From NCBI GenBank assembly GCA_040882355.1, contig JBBEBM010000010.1:1-42209 (forward strand): DNA of 42,209 bases, given 5' to 3'. The DNA is from Dehalococcoidia bacterium (GTDB taxonomy: Bacteria; Chloroflexota; Dehalococcoidia; DSTF01; RBG-16-68-14). Shown here one piece after another: positions 1 through 8,869 of the stretch. The notes beneath the pieces are model-generated. The model was not told where the DNA came from and searched no databases. It worked only from the letters and a program-made list of their open reading frames with translations. Both the position numbers and the translations under genes were made by a program. Numbering within the stretch: the first letter of the stretch is position 1; each line of letters starts with the position of its first letter.

Positions 1-83
1 CTGAGCTGTACGCGGCGGTCGGAATGAAGTCCAACGGGTGTTGTTATTCCGGCGAGGCAGCAAGCTCAGAAAGCGACTGACCG

Positions 84-1184
84 ATGGCTGTACCAAGGGA
101 AACCATCTGGCCAATAGAACCGCACACAGAAGCTAAGCACGCGATCTTGCGAAAGTACCTGGGCGCCTGGCTGCCCATCATGACTAGTATCAGCAGCCGC
201 GTGCTGTACGTCGACGGCTTCGCCGGTCCAGGAAGATACACGGGAGGAGAGGAGGGCTCTCCGCTAATCGCGCTCCGGGCAGCTCTCGAACACCCGAAGC
301 GCATCACCACAGAGGTCGTTTTCGTCTTCATCGAGAAGGATGAAAGTCGGGCCGCGCATTTGCAGGGAGAGATCCAGCAGTTCTCGAATATTCCATCGAA
401 CTTCGTTATCCAGAGTGCGTGCTCGCCGTTTGATGACACTCTGACAGATGTCCTTGACTCGATCGATGAGCAGGGGAGCAGACTCGCCCCCTGCTTCGCA
501 TTCATAGACCCATTTGGCTTTGCTCAGACGCCATTCTCGGTCGTCAAGCGGATCATGGCTCATCCGAGGTGCGAGGTACTGATCACGTTCATGTATGAGT
601 TCATAAACCGGTTTCTCACCCACCCGGACCTTGGTGAGACATTCGACCGACTCTTCGGCACCGGCACCTGGCGGGTTGCTCGCACACTTGAGGGCGCAGC
701 AGAGAGGCGAGCCTTCCTACACAACCTCTACATCGATCAGCTCCGTCGGGAGGCTGCCATCCAATACGTTCGTTCGTTTGAGATGATCGATGATGGAAAC
801 CGGACTGAGTACTTCCTCTTCTTCGGCACAAATCACATCACGGGGCTGAAGAAGATGAAGGACACCATGTGGAGAGTAGACAAGTCGGGGCGTTTCCAGT
901 TTTCGGACTTTACCAATCCGACCCAGCCGGTCTTGTTCGAAGCCGAGCCCGATTTCGATCACCTGGAACGCCTATTGCGAGGGCGCTTCGGAGGTAACCA
1001 AGCTAGCGTCGAGCGAATCGAGCAGTTCATCGTCGTAGACACACCTTTCACGGACAGTCACTACAAGAGGGGCGTACTGCGGAAACTCGAGTATGCGAAT
1101 CCACCAGGGTTGGAAATCGTAGCTGCGCGGGACAAGCGTAGGCGGGGAACGTATCCTCCTGGCACTATCATTCGCTTCCTCTGA
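84..1184 (+). CDS. tcmP: Three-Cys-motif partner protein (TcmP family, SAM-methyltransferase-like fold with C-terminal wHTH)
   Basis: Characteristic motifs HTEAKHAILRKYL, YVDGFAGPG..EGSP, FIDPFG, YFLFFGTNH..GLKKMKD.MW; visibly more A/T-rich codon usage than its neighbours. Confidence 0.8.
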   Translation: MAVPRETIWPIEPHTEAKHAILRKYLGAWLPIMTSISSRVLYVDGFAGPGRYTGGEEGSPLIALRAALEHPKRITTEVVFVFIEKDESRAAHLQGEIQQFSNIPSNFVIQSACSPFDDTLTDVLDSIDEQGSRLAPCFAFIDPFGFAQTPFSVVKRIMAHPRCEVLITFMYEFINRFLTHPDLGETFDRLFGTGTWRVARTLEGAAERRAFLHNLYIDQLRREAAIQYVRSFEMIDDGNRTEYFLFFGTNHITGLKKMKDTMWRVDKSGRFQFSDFTNPTQPVLFEAEPDFDHLERLLRGRFGGNQASVERIEQFIVVDTPFTDSHYKRGVLRKLEYANPPGLEIVAARDKRRRGTYPPGTIIRFL

Positions 1185-1218
1185 CTCCCGCCTTCCGCCT
1201 CTCGTACCTTCCCGCCGC

Positions 1219-2625
1219 CTACCCACCCCTACCCACCGCCGCGCGGCCGTTCGCGCTCGGGGCGCCCGCAGGCGGCACGAGGCGCTCCTGCTCCTCCAGC
1301 CAGCGCGAGAACTCCGACTCCGGGTCCGCCACGCCGAGCTCGTCGGCGGCGCGACGGCGGCTGTGGATGCCCGACGCCACGAGCACCCGTTCGTCTTCGA
1401 CCAGCCGGCTGCGGTCCTCCGGCACCAGCGGCCCCCAGACGATGCGCGTCCGATAAGGAGCGAAGCTTTGCCCCGTCTGCTGCTCCAGGATGCGCAGCAC
1501 CAGCTCGTTGCGCCGTTGGTACGCCGCCGAACGAATCAGCCGCTTGCGCTGCACCTTCTTCAGCAGCGGGTCCAGCTCCAGCGTCAACGCCACACCCGAG
1601 AGGTTCGCCCGGTTTTCGCCGAACGCCGTCCGCGGCGCCTCGCCCAGGTCGTGCAGGGTGCGGTAGATGAGGTTCACGTAGTCGACGTGGAGCTGCACGC
1701 CGCCGCCCTGCAACAGATCCAGCAGGTAGGCGCGGGCGCGCTCCGGCAGCTCCCACACTGCGCCCGGCTGCACCGCGATGTCTTGCGACTCGTTCACGTT
1801 CTCCAGGACAGCGATCGGGTTGCCCGACAGCTCCAGAATCATCGAGAGCTGCGAGAGCGCCCGGTTCAGCTCGCGCGCCGACTCGCGGATGGGCGGCACG
1901 TCGGAGCAGCCCCAGAACTGCTTCGGCTCGCGCAGGTTCGGGTAGACGACGAACGGCACGAAGCCGTACGGGTTCGCCTTTTCCTCGAAGAGCGCCCCGT
2001 CCACCCACAGCTCGAACGTCTCCGCCGTCCACGACTCCACGACCTCGATGCGCCGCTCGCCCGCGACGACGCTGCGAGCGGACCGCGTCGCGCGTGGCCG
2101 GAAGCCGAGCAGCAGCTCCGCCTCCTCGGCCGACAGGTGGTAGCGGCTCGCGACGCGCCATATCCGGCTCGCGTCGTCGCCCAGCCACCAGACGAACAGC
2201 CCCTGCACGTCCGGCGCCGACACGCGCACCCGGCGTTCGACGGCGTCCCACGTCACCTTGAACGCGCCGTCGCCCAGCACCGCCGCGTCGATCTCCGTGT
2301 CGAAGTCGAGCTGGGCCAGGTTGTTCTGCTCGTAGACGTCCTGGAGCGCGCGCTCCGTCCGCCGCGCCCGCTCGGTCGCCTCAGGGGAGCCGTCCTCCGG
2401 GTCGACGACGCTGTGCATGCCCGACATAAGGTAGGCCGTCGTCTTCTCGATGAGCGTCTTCGCGTAGTTGAACGTCAGCCTCCGCTCCCGGCGACGCGCG
2501 GGCGCCGGCCACTGGTCGCCCTGATAGAACGCGAGCGCTTCGCCGTAGCGGCGCAGCCGCGACAGGTCCCGCCGCGCGAGCTGCTGCGGCAGCGTCAGCG
2601 GACTGATTCGGGCGTCTCGGGCCAT
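1219..2625 (-). CDS. Phage portal protein (SPP1 gp6-like)
   Basis: 468 aa; FYQGDQW, LTFNYAKTLIEKTTAYL, AAVLGDG.FKV.WD, NPYGFVPFV.YPN, ANLSGVAL motifs typical of SPP1-type portals; strong RBS GGAGGTG upstream of the ATG. Confidence 0.85.
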   Translation of the reverse strand: MARDARISPLTLPQQLARRDLSRLRRYGEALAFYQGDQWPAPARRRERRLTFNYAKTLIEKTTAYLMSGMHSVVDPEDGSPEATERARRTERALQDVYEQNNLAQLDFDTEIDAAVLGDGAFKVTWDAVERRVRVSAPDVQGLFVWWLGDDASRIWRVASRYHLSAEEAELLLGFRPRATRSARSVVAGERRIEVVESWTAETFELWVDGALFEEKANPYGFVPFVVYPNLREPKQFWGCSDVPPIRESARELNRALSQLSMILELSGNPIAVLENVNESQDIAVQPGAVWELPERARAYLLDLLQGGGVQLHVDYVNLIYRTLHDLGEAPRTAFGENRANLSGVALTLELDPLLKKVQRKRLIRSAAYQRRNELVLRILEQQTGQSFAPYRTRIVWGPLVPEDRSRLVEDERVLVASGIHSRRRAADELGVADPESEFSRWLEEQERLVPPAGAPSANGRAAVGRGG

Positions 2626-2648
2626 GGTGTCGTCACCTCCGTAACCTG

Positions 2649-2696
2649 GTCATCCTGAGCGCTCCTTTATGTCATTCCGAGCGGAGCGAAGAATCT
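2649..2696. repeat. Two REP-like short repeats (GTCATCCTGAGCG / GTCATTCCGAGCGGAGCGAAGAATCT)
   Basis: Resembles the widespread GTCATTCTGAGCG.AGCGAAGAATCT intergenic repeat family; one partial and one full-length copy in tandem. Confidence 0.6.
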
Positions 2697-2888
2697 CGTT
2701 TGTCCGGGGCCTACGCTACAATCGCCCGCCACCGATCGCGAAGGCGCCCCTGACACCGCCCTACGTCCGCCAACGGCTCCCGCGCGTAGATACGAATGGA
2801 GGCGCGGGCCGCTTGTCTGGTGGTGGCCGCCTACCTATACTGTGCCAAGCTCGCGAACGCGCGTCCTAACTCGAAAGGGGGCTCCCTC

Positions 2889-3905
2889 GTGGCAATCAGA
2901 AGCACATCCGGACGAAGCATCCCGGCGGCCTTCTGGCTCGCCCTCACCCTGTTCGCCTCGATCGCGCTCGTCGCGGGCGCGTGCGGCGGCGGTGGCGGCA
3001 GCGACCCGACGCCCACCGCCGAAGAAGAAGCGCCCACAGACGAACCCACCAGCGACGCCACGGAGGACACCGTCCAGATCGACGAGTCGTTCTGGCACTC
3101 GGGCTGGATGGTCACGCTGGGTGAGGCCACCGTCACCACGGACGACCTCGGCGCCCGCAGCGTCGCCATCGAAGCCACATTCGAGAACCTCGGCACCGAC
3201 ACTGCCACGTTCGACTCGCAGCTCGTGCTTACGTCCGGCGGCAACTCTTACACCGAGACCGGCACCGAGCAGGAGCTGCCTGAGGTGCCCGGCGAGCTCT
3301 CCGGCAGCGGCGTCCTCGCCATCCGCGTCGACGACGAGTTCACCTTCGACGATGCGACGCTCACCATCGGCAACCCGGCGAACAACCAGGCCGTCGTGCC
3401 GCTGGGCCCCGACGGCGACGACCTCGTCACGCTCGAGCCGCGCGAGATCGCGGTCAGCGGCGACGTGACGGCGGGCGCCGTCAGGGTGACCGTCGAGCGC
3501 GCCGAGCTGCGCGCCGACCTCCCCGACGCCCACAGCATCATGGAAGAGGGCAAGCTGGCGCTCACGGTGTACTTCTCCGTCACGCCCAGCGCCGGCATCC
3601 AGATCGGCCAGGGGGTGTTCCAGGACCCGAACGTCGCGCTCAAGCTGCCCGACGGCACGGCGGTCGCCGTGCGCAGCGACGGCGTCAGCGGCGTGAACGA
3701 GCTGCTCCAGGGCAAGGAGGGCACGACGATCTCTGGCCTCTCCGTGCGCTTCGAGGTGAACGAGCCGGCCGAAGGTCAGTACGCCTTCGTCGTACGCGGC
3801 GCCTATGGCCCGGGCGGCGCCCAGGCGGAGGGCGAGCTCCCGTTCACGATCGTTGCCGTCGCAGCAGGAGCGTCGCCCACCGCCGGCCCGACCCCGACGC
3901 CGTAA
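2889..3905 (+). CDS. Putative lipoprotein with two beta-sandwich-like domains
   Basis: GTG start at 2889, basic N-region, hydrophobic stretch, lipobox-like AGA-C, Gly/Pro/Thr/acidic linker, then two beta-rich halves. Confidence 0.65.
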   Translation: MAIRSTSGRSIPAAFWLALTLFASIALVAGACGGGGGSDPTPTAEEEAPTDEPTSDATEDTVQIDESFWHSGWMVTLGEATVTTDDLGARSVAIEATFENLGTDTATFDSQLVLTSGGNSYTETGTEQELPEVPGELSGSGVLAIRVDDEFTFDDATLTIGNPANNQAVVPLGPDGDDLVTLEPREIAVSGDVTAGAVRVTVERAELRADLPDAHSIMEEGKLALTVYFSVTPSAGIQIGQGVFQDPNVALKLPDGTAVAVRSDGVSGVNELLQGKEGTTISGLSVRFEVNEPAEGQYAFVVRGAYGPGGAQAEGELPFTIVAVAAGASPTAGPTPTP

Positions 3906-3906
3906 G

Positions 3907-4815
3907 CTAGGCCTTCTCCCACGCGAGCACCACGCACGGCGTGCCCTTGCGGTCGATCGGCGCATCGTGGAAGGCGCGCAGCCCGAACGACGCTGACCGC
4001 GTCCGAAGCGCGCCGACCTGTCGGTCGGCGAGCAGCAGCGCGATCCGCCCGCCCGGCCTGAGCACGCGCGCCATCTCGCCGAGCGCCGTGACCACCGCTT
4101 CGTCCGCCTCCGGCTCGTACGGCGGTTCGGTCGCGATGGCATCGACGCTGCTCGACTCGAACGGCAGCGATTGCGCGTCGGCGACGCAGTGCGCCGCACC
4201 CAGCGCGCGCAGGCCGTGGCGCAGCGACGGGTCGACGTCGCAGCTCAGGACTCGATAGCCGCTCGTCAGCCCTTCCAGCACGACGCCACCGGCGCCAGCG
4301 AACGGGTCGAGGAGCGTAGCCCCAGGCAGCGTCGCGACGAGGTTCACGAGCATGCGCGCATCAATCACCGGCAGCCCGCGCCTGCTCAGGGGCCCGCTGC
4401 CGCCTCGATAGCCGCGCACCGGCCGCGCCTCGCCGCCGCTCTCGAGCACGAAGGTGCGCCGGTCGGGCGCCGCCTCGCGTAGCTCGCCGGCGTCCTCCTC
4501 GTGGAGACGCGCCAGCCGATACGAGCGCCCCCGCCAGCGCACGTCGCCTTCGTCCTCCGTCGGCTCGACCAGGTCGACCGCGTAGCTATAGCCGAGGCGC
4601 GGCAGGCGGTCGCGCGCGCGCTCTAGCGCGTCAGCGGGCAGCGTCAGCCAGAAGACGCCGCCCTGCTCGGACAGCGGCCCGCCGGGCGCGACCGCAGCGC
4701 CGAGGTCGCGCAGCAGGCACGTCGCCTCCGCCGTCGCCGTCGACAGCGCTCGGCGCCGGGCCGGGCGGACGTGGAAGATGAGGAGGGCGGGGTCCATGCA
4801 AACGCGCGGCGTCAT
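3907..4815 (-). CDS. SAM-dependent amino-methyltransferase (Trm11/RNA methylase-like)
   Basis: Motif I LLDPFAGAGG, ARMLVNL, motif IV variant IATEPPY, RVLRPGG. Confidence 0.7.
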   Translation of the reverse strand: MTPRVCMDPALLIFHVRPARRRALSTATAEATCLLRDLGAAVAPGGPLSEQGGVFWLTLPADALERARDRLPRLGYSYAVDLVEPTEDEGDVRWRGRSYRLARLHEEDAGELREAAPDRRTFVLESGGEARPVRGYRGGSGPLSRRGLPVIDARMLVNLVATLPGATLLDPFAGAGGVVLEGLTSGYRVLSCDVDPSLRHGLRALGAAHCVADAQSLPFESSSVDAIATEPPYEPEADEAVVTALGEMARVLRPGGRIALLLADRQVGALRTRSASFGLRAFHDAPIDRKGTPCVVLAWEKA

Positions 4816-4825
4816 CGCGCCGCGA

Positions 4826-5731
4826 TCACGCCGTGCCAGGCGCTGCCGAGGACTTCAGCACCTCGAACACCTTATGTCGACCCGCCTTGCCGCGCAGGTC
4901 GGCTTCGAAGTCCCTGCCGACCTGGAAGGCGGGCGCCACCCGCTCGACAACCGGCTCGGTCACCAGCAGATTAACGCCGCTCTCCTTCGTCAGGGTCTGC
5001 ACCCGCGACGCCGTGTTCACGACGTCGCCGATGGCGCTGAGCTGCGTGTTCCGATAGTACCCGACCTGGCCCACCACTGCCCTGCCGAAGTCGATGCCGA
5101 TGCCCATGCGCATCTCGAACCCGAAGTGCTCCGTCGAGTAAACGCTCAGCGCCCGGCTCGCATCGATCATATCGATGCCGCAATGGACGGCCGCCAGCGC
5201 CGCCCGGTCACCGCCGGCCAGGAAGAGCGCCATCATGCCGTCGCCCTGAAACGAGACCACGTGGCCGTGGTGCGCTTCGACGAGCGTGCCCATCCTGTCG
5301 AAGTAGCGATTGAGCAGGTGCAGGACATCGAAGGGCAAGTGCTGTTCCGAGAAGGTCGTGTAGTCGCGGATGTCCGAGAAGAGGACCGCGACCTCGCGCT
5401 CCAGCGCCAGTCCTTCAGCCAGGGAGGGCGCCGCCGGCCGGTCGCTCTCGTGCAGGAGCACCCGAACCGTGATGTCGCCCTGGGGGTGGAGCTGGCAGGC
5501 CAGACGAATCGGCGACTCGAGGCGGTTCAGGGCCAGGACGACCTGCTCGTCGTCGGACGGCGCGCCGCAGTGTTCCAGGCCTGCGATCACCTCGACGCGA
5601 CACGTGCTGCAGCGGCACTTTCCGTCGCAGGCATGCCGGTGGTCGATGCCGGCGCGGTTCGACGCCTCGAGGACATCCTCCCCGGGCTCGAGCTCGATGG
5701 TCGGCCCATCAACAAAACTGACGCGCGGCAC
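4826..5731 (-). CDS. 2Fe-2S ferredoxin-fused class III adenylate/guanylate cyclase
   Basis: N-terminal HACDGKCRCSTC...RLACQ (2Fe-2S ligands); cyclase motifs VLFSDIRDYT, GDGMMALF, IGDVVNTASR, LRGK. Confidence 0.85.
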   Translation of the reverse strand: MPRVSFVDGPTIELEPGEDVLEASNRAGIDHRHACDGKCRCSTCRVEVIAGLEHCGAPSDDEQVVLALNRLESPIRLACQLHPQGDITVRVLLHESDRPAAPSLAEGLALEREVAVLFSDIRDYTTFSEQHLPFDVLHLLNRYFDRMGTLVEAHHGHVVSFQGDGMMALFLAGGDRAALAAVHCGIDMIDASRALSVYSTEHFGFEMRMGIGIDFGRAVVGQVGYYRNTQLSAIGDVVNTASRVQTLTKESGVNLLVTEPVVERVAPAFQVGRDFEADLRGKAGRHKVFEVLKSSAAPGTA

Positions 5732-5906
5732 AGTCGGTCTGAACGCTCCTTCACACTGCTGAATCGCAACCTACTGTAGCTTGGCCCTGTACACCCCGGC
5801 AACCGGATTCGATGTCAGTTCGCTCCTATGTGAGCCCCTTCATAGAGCCGGCGGCCCCTTCGGGCGTAGTGTATGCGTAACAAGGGGCTTACACAGGGAG
5901 GCTATC

Positions 5907-6281
5907 ATGGTACAGGTCCGCGGGGTGTATGAAGTCGCCATCCGGGTGAGGGATCTCGCCCGGTCAGAGCAGTTTTACCGGGGTCTCCTGGGCCTGGGCT
6001 TGGGCCTGCGCGACGAGGAGCATCACTTGGTCTTCCTGCGCGTGGGCGATCAGACCGCCATGATCGTGCTCCAGGAGGACAAGGGTGATTGGTCGAAGCA
6101 GCATTTCGCCTTCACGGTCGACGAAGGCGAAATCGACGGCGCCGCGACCCTCCTGCGGGAGCGAGGCATCGAGGTGCGCGGGCCGGTCGTCCACGACAGG
6201 ATGCCGGCGAAGTCGCTTTACTTCGACGACCCGGACGGGCACTCGCTGGAGTTGTGCGCGCCGATCAACGGCAAGAGCTAG
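5907..6281 (+). CDS. VOC/glyoxalase family protein
   Basis: RBS GGAGG then ATG at 5907; VRDLARSEQFY, HFAFTV, SLYFDDPDGHSLEL. Confidence 0.85.
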   Translation: MVQVRGVYEVAIRVRDLARSEQFYRGLLGLGLGLRDEEHHLVFLRVGDQTAMIVLQEDKGDWSKQHFAFTVDEGEIDGAATLLRERGIEVRGPVVHDRMPAKSLYFDDPDGHSLELCAPINGKS

Positions 6282-6643
6282 GCGGACCGCCGCAGGGTCC
6301 CCTTCTCCTCCCTGCCCGCCGCCAGGATGCGAAACACGCTCCGCCGAGAGAGACCGAACTCGCTCGCCACCACATCGATGGCGGCTCCCTCAGCTCGTCG
6401 CTGGCAGACAGCACCGTCCCTCGAGCCCTGGAGCAGCTTACGAGCGCCGCCCGGCTCGTCATAGCGACAGTGCTCTAACGGGCAGCGCAGACAGGTCGGC
6501 GAAAGGTCGCAGCCGGCGTCTCGAAACGCCAAGTACTCCGGCAGCGCGTCCACGCGAACTCTTCGGCCGTTGGGGTGGCGGAAGTGGTCGGCGCGGATGG
6601 CATCGAGCCCTCTCCGGGCGAGCAGGTCTTGGTCGGTCGTCAT
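6278..6643 (-). CDS. Small DNA-binding protein: Cys4 motif plus C-terminal helix-turn-helix
   Basis: C-x5-C-x2-C-x4-C (CDLSPTCLRCPLEHC) followed by IDVVASEFGLSRRSVFRIL HTH; RBS GAGGAGG; 36 nt downstream of the terminase stop on the same strand. Confidence 0.75.
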   Translation of the reverse strand: MTTDQDLLARRGLDAIRADHFRHPNGRRVRVDALPEYLAFRDAGCDLSPTCLRCPLEHCRYDEPGGARKLLQGSRDGAVCQRRAEGAAIDVVASEFGLSRRSVFRILAAGREEKGTLRRSA

Positions 6644-6679
6644 CGGTCTATTCCTCCTCGCTTCTCGCTACAGCAAGCG

Positions 6680-8122
6680 TTACAGCGCTTCCCGCACACG
6701 GCCTCGCGCCATGCGGGGCGCCGCGTCGGCTCCCGCCTCCGCGAGCAGCGCCAGGCTCATCAGATAGTCGTCGTGTCCGTCGGACTGCTCGACGAAGAAG
6801 TTCATCGTCCGGTTTGCCCGGTAGGCGACGCGGGCGCGCTCCAGCTCGTGCCGGCAGTGCCGGTACTCCTGCGAGTTGTCGCCGGCGTAGAGCTTCAGCC
6901 GGCCGGCGTTCACCGCCGCCAGCAGCCCGTAGCCCAGCCGCGACTTCGCCTCCTGAGTGAAGCGCACCGGGTGCACGACCAGCGAGCCGAGCGTCGCCGT
7001 CAACAGCCGCGCGATCGTCTCGCCGAGGCCCGTCGCGTCGACGGCAAGCCGGCGCACCTGCCAGACCTCGCGCAGCAAGTCGACGAGGCGCTGAATGAGC
7101 GCGTCGTGCGGCTCGCCCGTCCAGACGTAGTGCTCCACCACATCCAGCTGCGGATCGTGCACGACCGCGCCCCGGCCGGGATACGCCGCGCGCGCGATCG
7201 TGAGCACCGTCGAGTCGCGCCGCGCGTTCGGCGTGGAGGGCGGCGTCCCAACGTCGCCCTCCAGCTCGCCGCCCGCCAGATCGAGCCCAGCCACGTACGT
7301 CTCGCCGGTGCGAGGCGCTCGCTGGCGCTCATGACGCCCCTCCAACTGCGCGAGCTGGCCTGCGTTGAACAGCCGCCCGCCGCCCGCGATCGGCTTCAGA
7401 CAGTACTGCGTCAGGAACAGCGGGTGCTGCTCGCCGAGACGCTGCCGCTCCGCCTCCACGTAGCGACCGTAGGCCGGGTTGTGCCGCGCAACCGCCTGCC
7501 AGTCGTGCTCGAAGTGACGCTGGACGCCGTCGCGACGCTCCAGCTCCAGATGGCGCTGCTTCGCCCGCTCCAGCAGCGTCGAGTCGTCCCAGGCGGTGCC
7601 GTAGAAGACGGTTGTCGCGTTGGACGTCGCCGCCATCGGCCGGAACTCGCGGTCGAACTTCTCCTCCGCCACGTCCTGCGCCTCATCGACCTCGAGCAGG
7701 ATCTGGGCGGTGTGGCCGACCACGTTCGCGCCCGGCTCCGCCGAGAGGAAGACCTGGCGCGCCCTCCCCACCCGCACGATGGGGCCGGCCTCGCGCGAGG
7801 CCAGCGGCGCCAGCCCCGCCTCCAGCAGGCGCGACCAGAGCCGGCGCATGCTGATCCGCCCTTGCGGGTCGAAGGTCGGCGCGCACTTCACAGCGTCGGC
7901 GTCGCGCGAGACGTGGAGCGAGAGCAGCAGCGCCTCGAGCTGGGCCGACAGCTCGTTCTTGCCGCCCTGCCGCGCGATCTCCACCGAGAAGCTCAGGCCC
8001 CGCTCTTGCACGATGCTATCGAGGATCGCGCGGCCCGCCTCCACCTGGTACGGGCGGAGCCGCTGCTTCCAGGGGCCGGCGCCGAGCGCCACGGCGCATG
8101 GAATGATGGCAGCCATCATCAC
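6680..8122 (-). CDS. terL: Phage terminase large subunit
   Basis: Adenine-binding LRPYQ, Walker A IARQGGKNE, Walker B LLEVDEAQD, coupling motif YGTAW, RNase H-like nuclease residues VAGLDLAG, AVDATGLG and GHDDYLMSLAL. Confidence 0.88.
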   Translation of the reverse strand: MMMAAIIPCAVALGAGPWKQRLRPYQVEAGRAILDSIVQERGLSFSVEIARQGGKNELSAQLEALLLSLHVSRDADAVKCAPTFDPQGRISMRRLWSRLLEAGLAPLASREAGPIVRVGRARQVFLSAEPGANVVGHTAQILLEVDEAQDVAEEKFDREFRPMAATSNATTVFYGTAWDDSTLLERAKQRHLELERRDGVQRHFEHDWQAVARHNPAYGRYVEAERQRLGEQHPLFLTQYCLKPIAGGGRLFNAGQLAQLEGRHERQRAPRTGETYVAGLDLAGGELEGDVGTPPSTPNARRDSTVLTIARAAYPGRGAVVHDPQLDVVEHYVWTGEPHDALIQRLVDLLREVWQVRRLAVDATGLGETIARLLTATLGSLVVHPVRFTQEAKSRLGYGLLAAVNAGRLKLYAGDNSQEYRHCRHELERARVAYRANRTMNFFVEQSDGHDDYLMSLALLAEAGADAAPRMARGRVREAL

Positions 8123-8352
8123 CCCAGCAGACGCAGCACGAGCTGCGCGGCGACCGTGCCCGCGAGCAAGAAGATCAGCCCGTTCACGCGCCCCTTCACC
8201 TCCTGTAGCTCGCGCTCCAGGCCGCGCAGCCGCTCGTCCACCACCGCCCGAAAGCCTTCGGCCGACAGCGACGCCAGCGGCTCATCGCGCGTGATTCGTC
8301 GCTGGCGCCGCAGTCTGGCCAGCGTCCGTTCAAGAACGGGCGGCTCACTCAT
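8119..8352 (-). CDS. Small coiled-coil protein with C-terminal transmembrane helix (XhlA/holin-associated-like architecture)
   Basis: VDERLRGLERELQEVKGRVN coiled coil followed by GLIFLLAGTVAAQLVLRLLG; overlaps both neighbours (ATGA overlap with terL). Confidence 0.6.
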   Translation of the reverse strand: MSEPPVLERTLARLRRQRRITRDEPLASLSAEGFRAVVDERLRGLERELQEVKGRVNGLIFLLAGTVAAQLVLRLLG

Positions 8353-8719
8353 CGCGAAACGCCTCCGGCATGAGCTGTCCGCCCACCCCCCGCACGACGC
8401 TCGCCAGGCTTGCCGCCAGGTCCTCCTCCGCCTGCTTCGACAGCCGGTAGCGCGCCGACACCGCCTTCACCAGCATGTCGATACCACGCAGCATCAGCGG
8501 GATGTCCTCTCGTTTCTCGTCGACCACTTTGCGCAGCCTTACGCGGAGGAGTGCGATCTCATCATCGAGCCGTTCGATGTCCGACGCCTCGTCCAGCTCT
8601 ATCTGCTCCGCCGCTTCGAGAGCGCTGCGATAGAAGTTCTTGGCCAGCGCTGCGCGGCCGCCACCCGTCGAGCGCCGCCGCGGCGCCTTGCGCTCCACTT
8701 CAGCGCTTTCGGCGGTCAC
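8345..8719 (-). CDS. Putative terminase small subunit-like protein
   Basis: 124 aa, basic N-terminus, KNFY..AL then LDDEIALLRVRL helix, all-helical; position just upstream of terL; assignment by position and size, not by search. Confidence 0.55.
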   Translation of the reverse strand: MTAESAEVERKAPRRRSTGGGRAALAKNFYRSALEAAEQIELDEASDIERLDDEIALLRVRLRKVVDEKREDIPLMLRGIDMLVKAVSARYRLSKQAEEDLAASLASVVRGVGGQLMPEAFRDE

Positions 8720-8867
8720 CGGGCACGCCTTCCAGCAGCTCCAGCAGGCTCTCCAACGTCTCAGGCGGCACCCGCGATGCGGCGTCCGCGACGCCGGCCA
8801 GCAGGCAGAGCGCTGCCAGCGACCAGTCGCGCCGTTCTATCGCCAGCGTGAGGGCAGATACGGCCAT
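8700..8867 (-). CDS. Small hypothetical protein (55 aa) with hydrophobic core
   Basis: MAVSALTLAIERRDWSLAALCLLAGV...; ATG 2 nt after the previous stop and overlapping the next gene, consistent with translational coupling. Confidence 0.55.
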   Translation of the reverse strand: MAVSALTLAIERRDWSLAALCLLAGVADAASRVPPETLESLLELLEGVPGDRRKR

Positions 8868-8869
8868 CG

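Noticed and set aside
1..80. 3' end of a DUF5131 partner gene upstream of tcmP
   Set aside because: An open frame ends in TGA at 78-80 (ELYAAVGMKSNGCCYSGEAASSESD) but shows no recognisable family motif; too little sequence to call
4864..4878. GAACACCTTATG resembling the recA SOS box
   Set aside because: It lies inside the cyclase coding sequence with wrong half-site spacing and no associated promoter
6575..8851. Long antisense ORFs (758 aa here; also 1363-2658, 20140-21939, 28921-30402, 34110-36371)
   Set aside because: These are shadows of real genes in high-GC DNA, with Arg/Ala/Pro-rich or motif-less translations and no RBS
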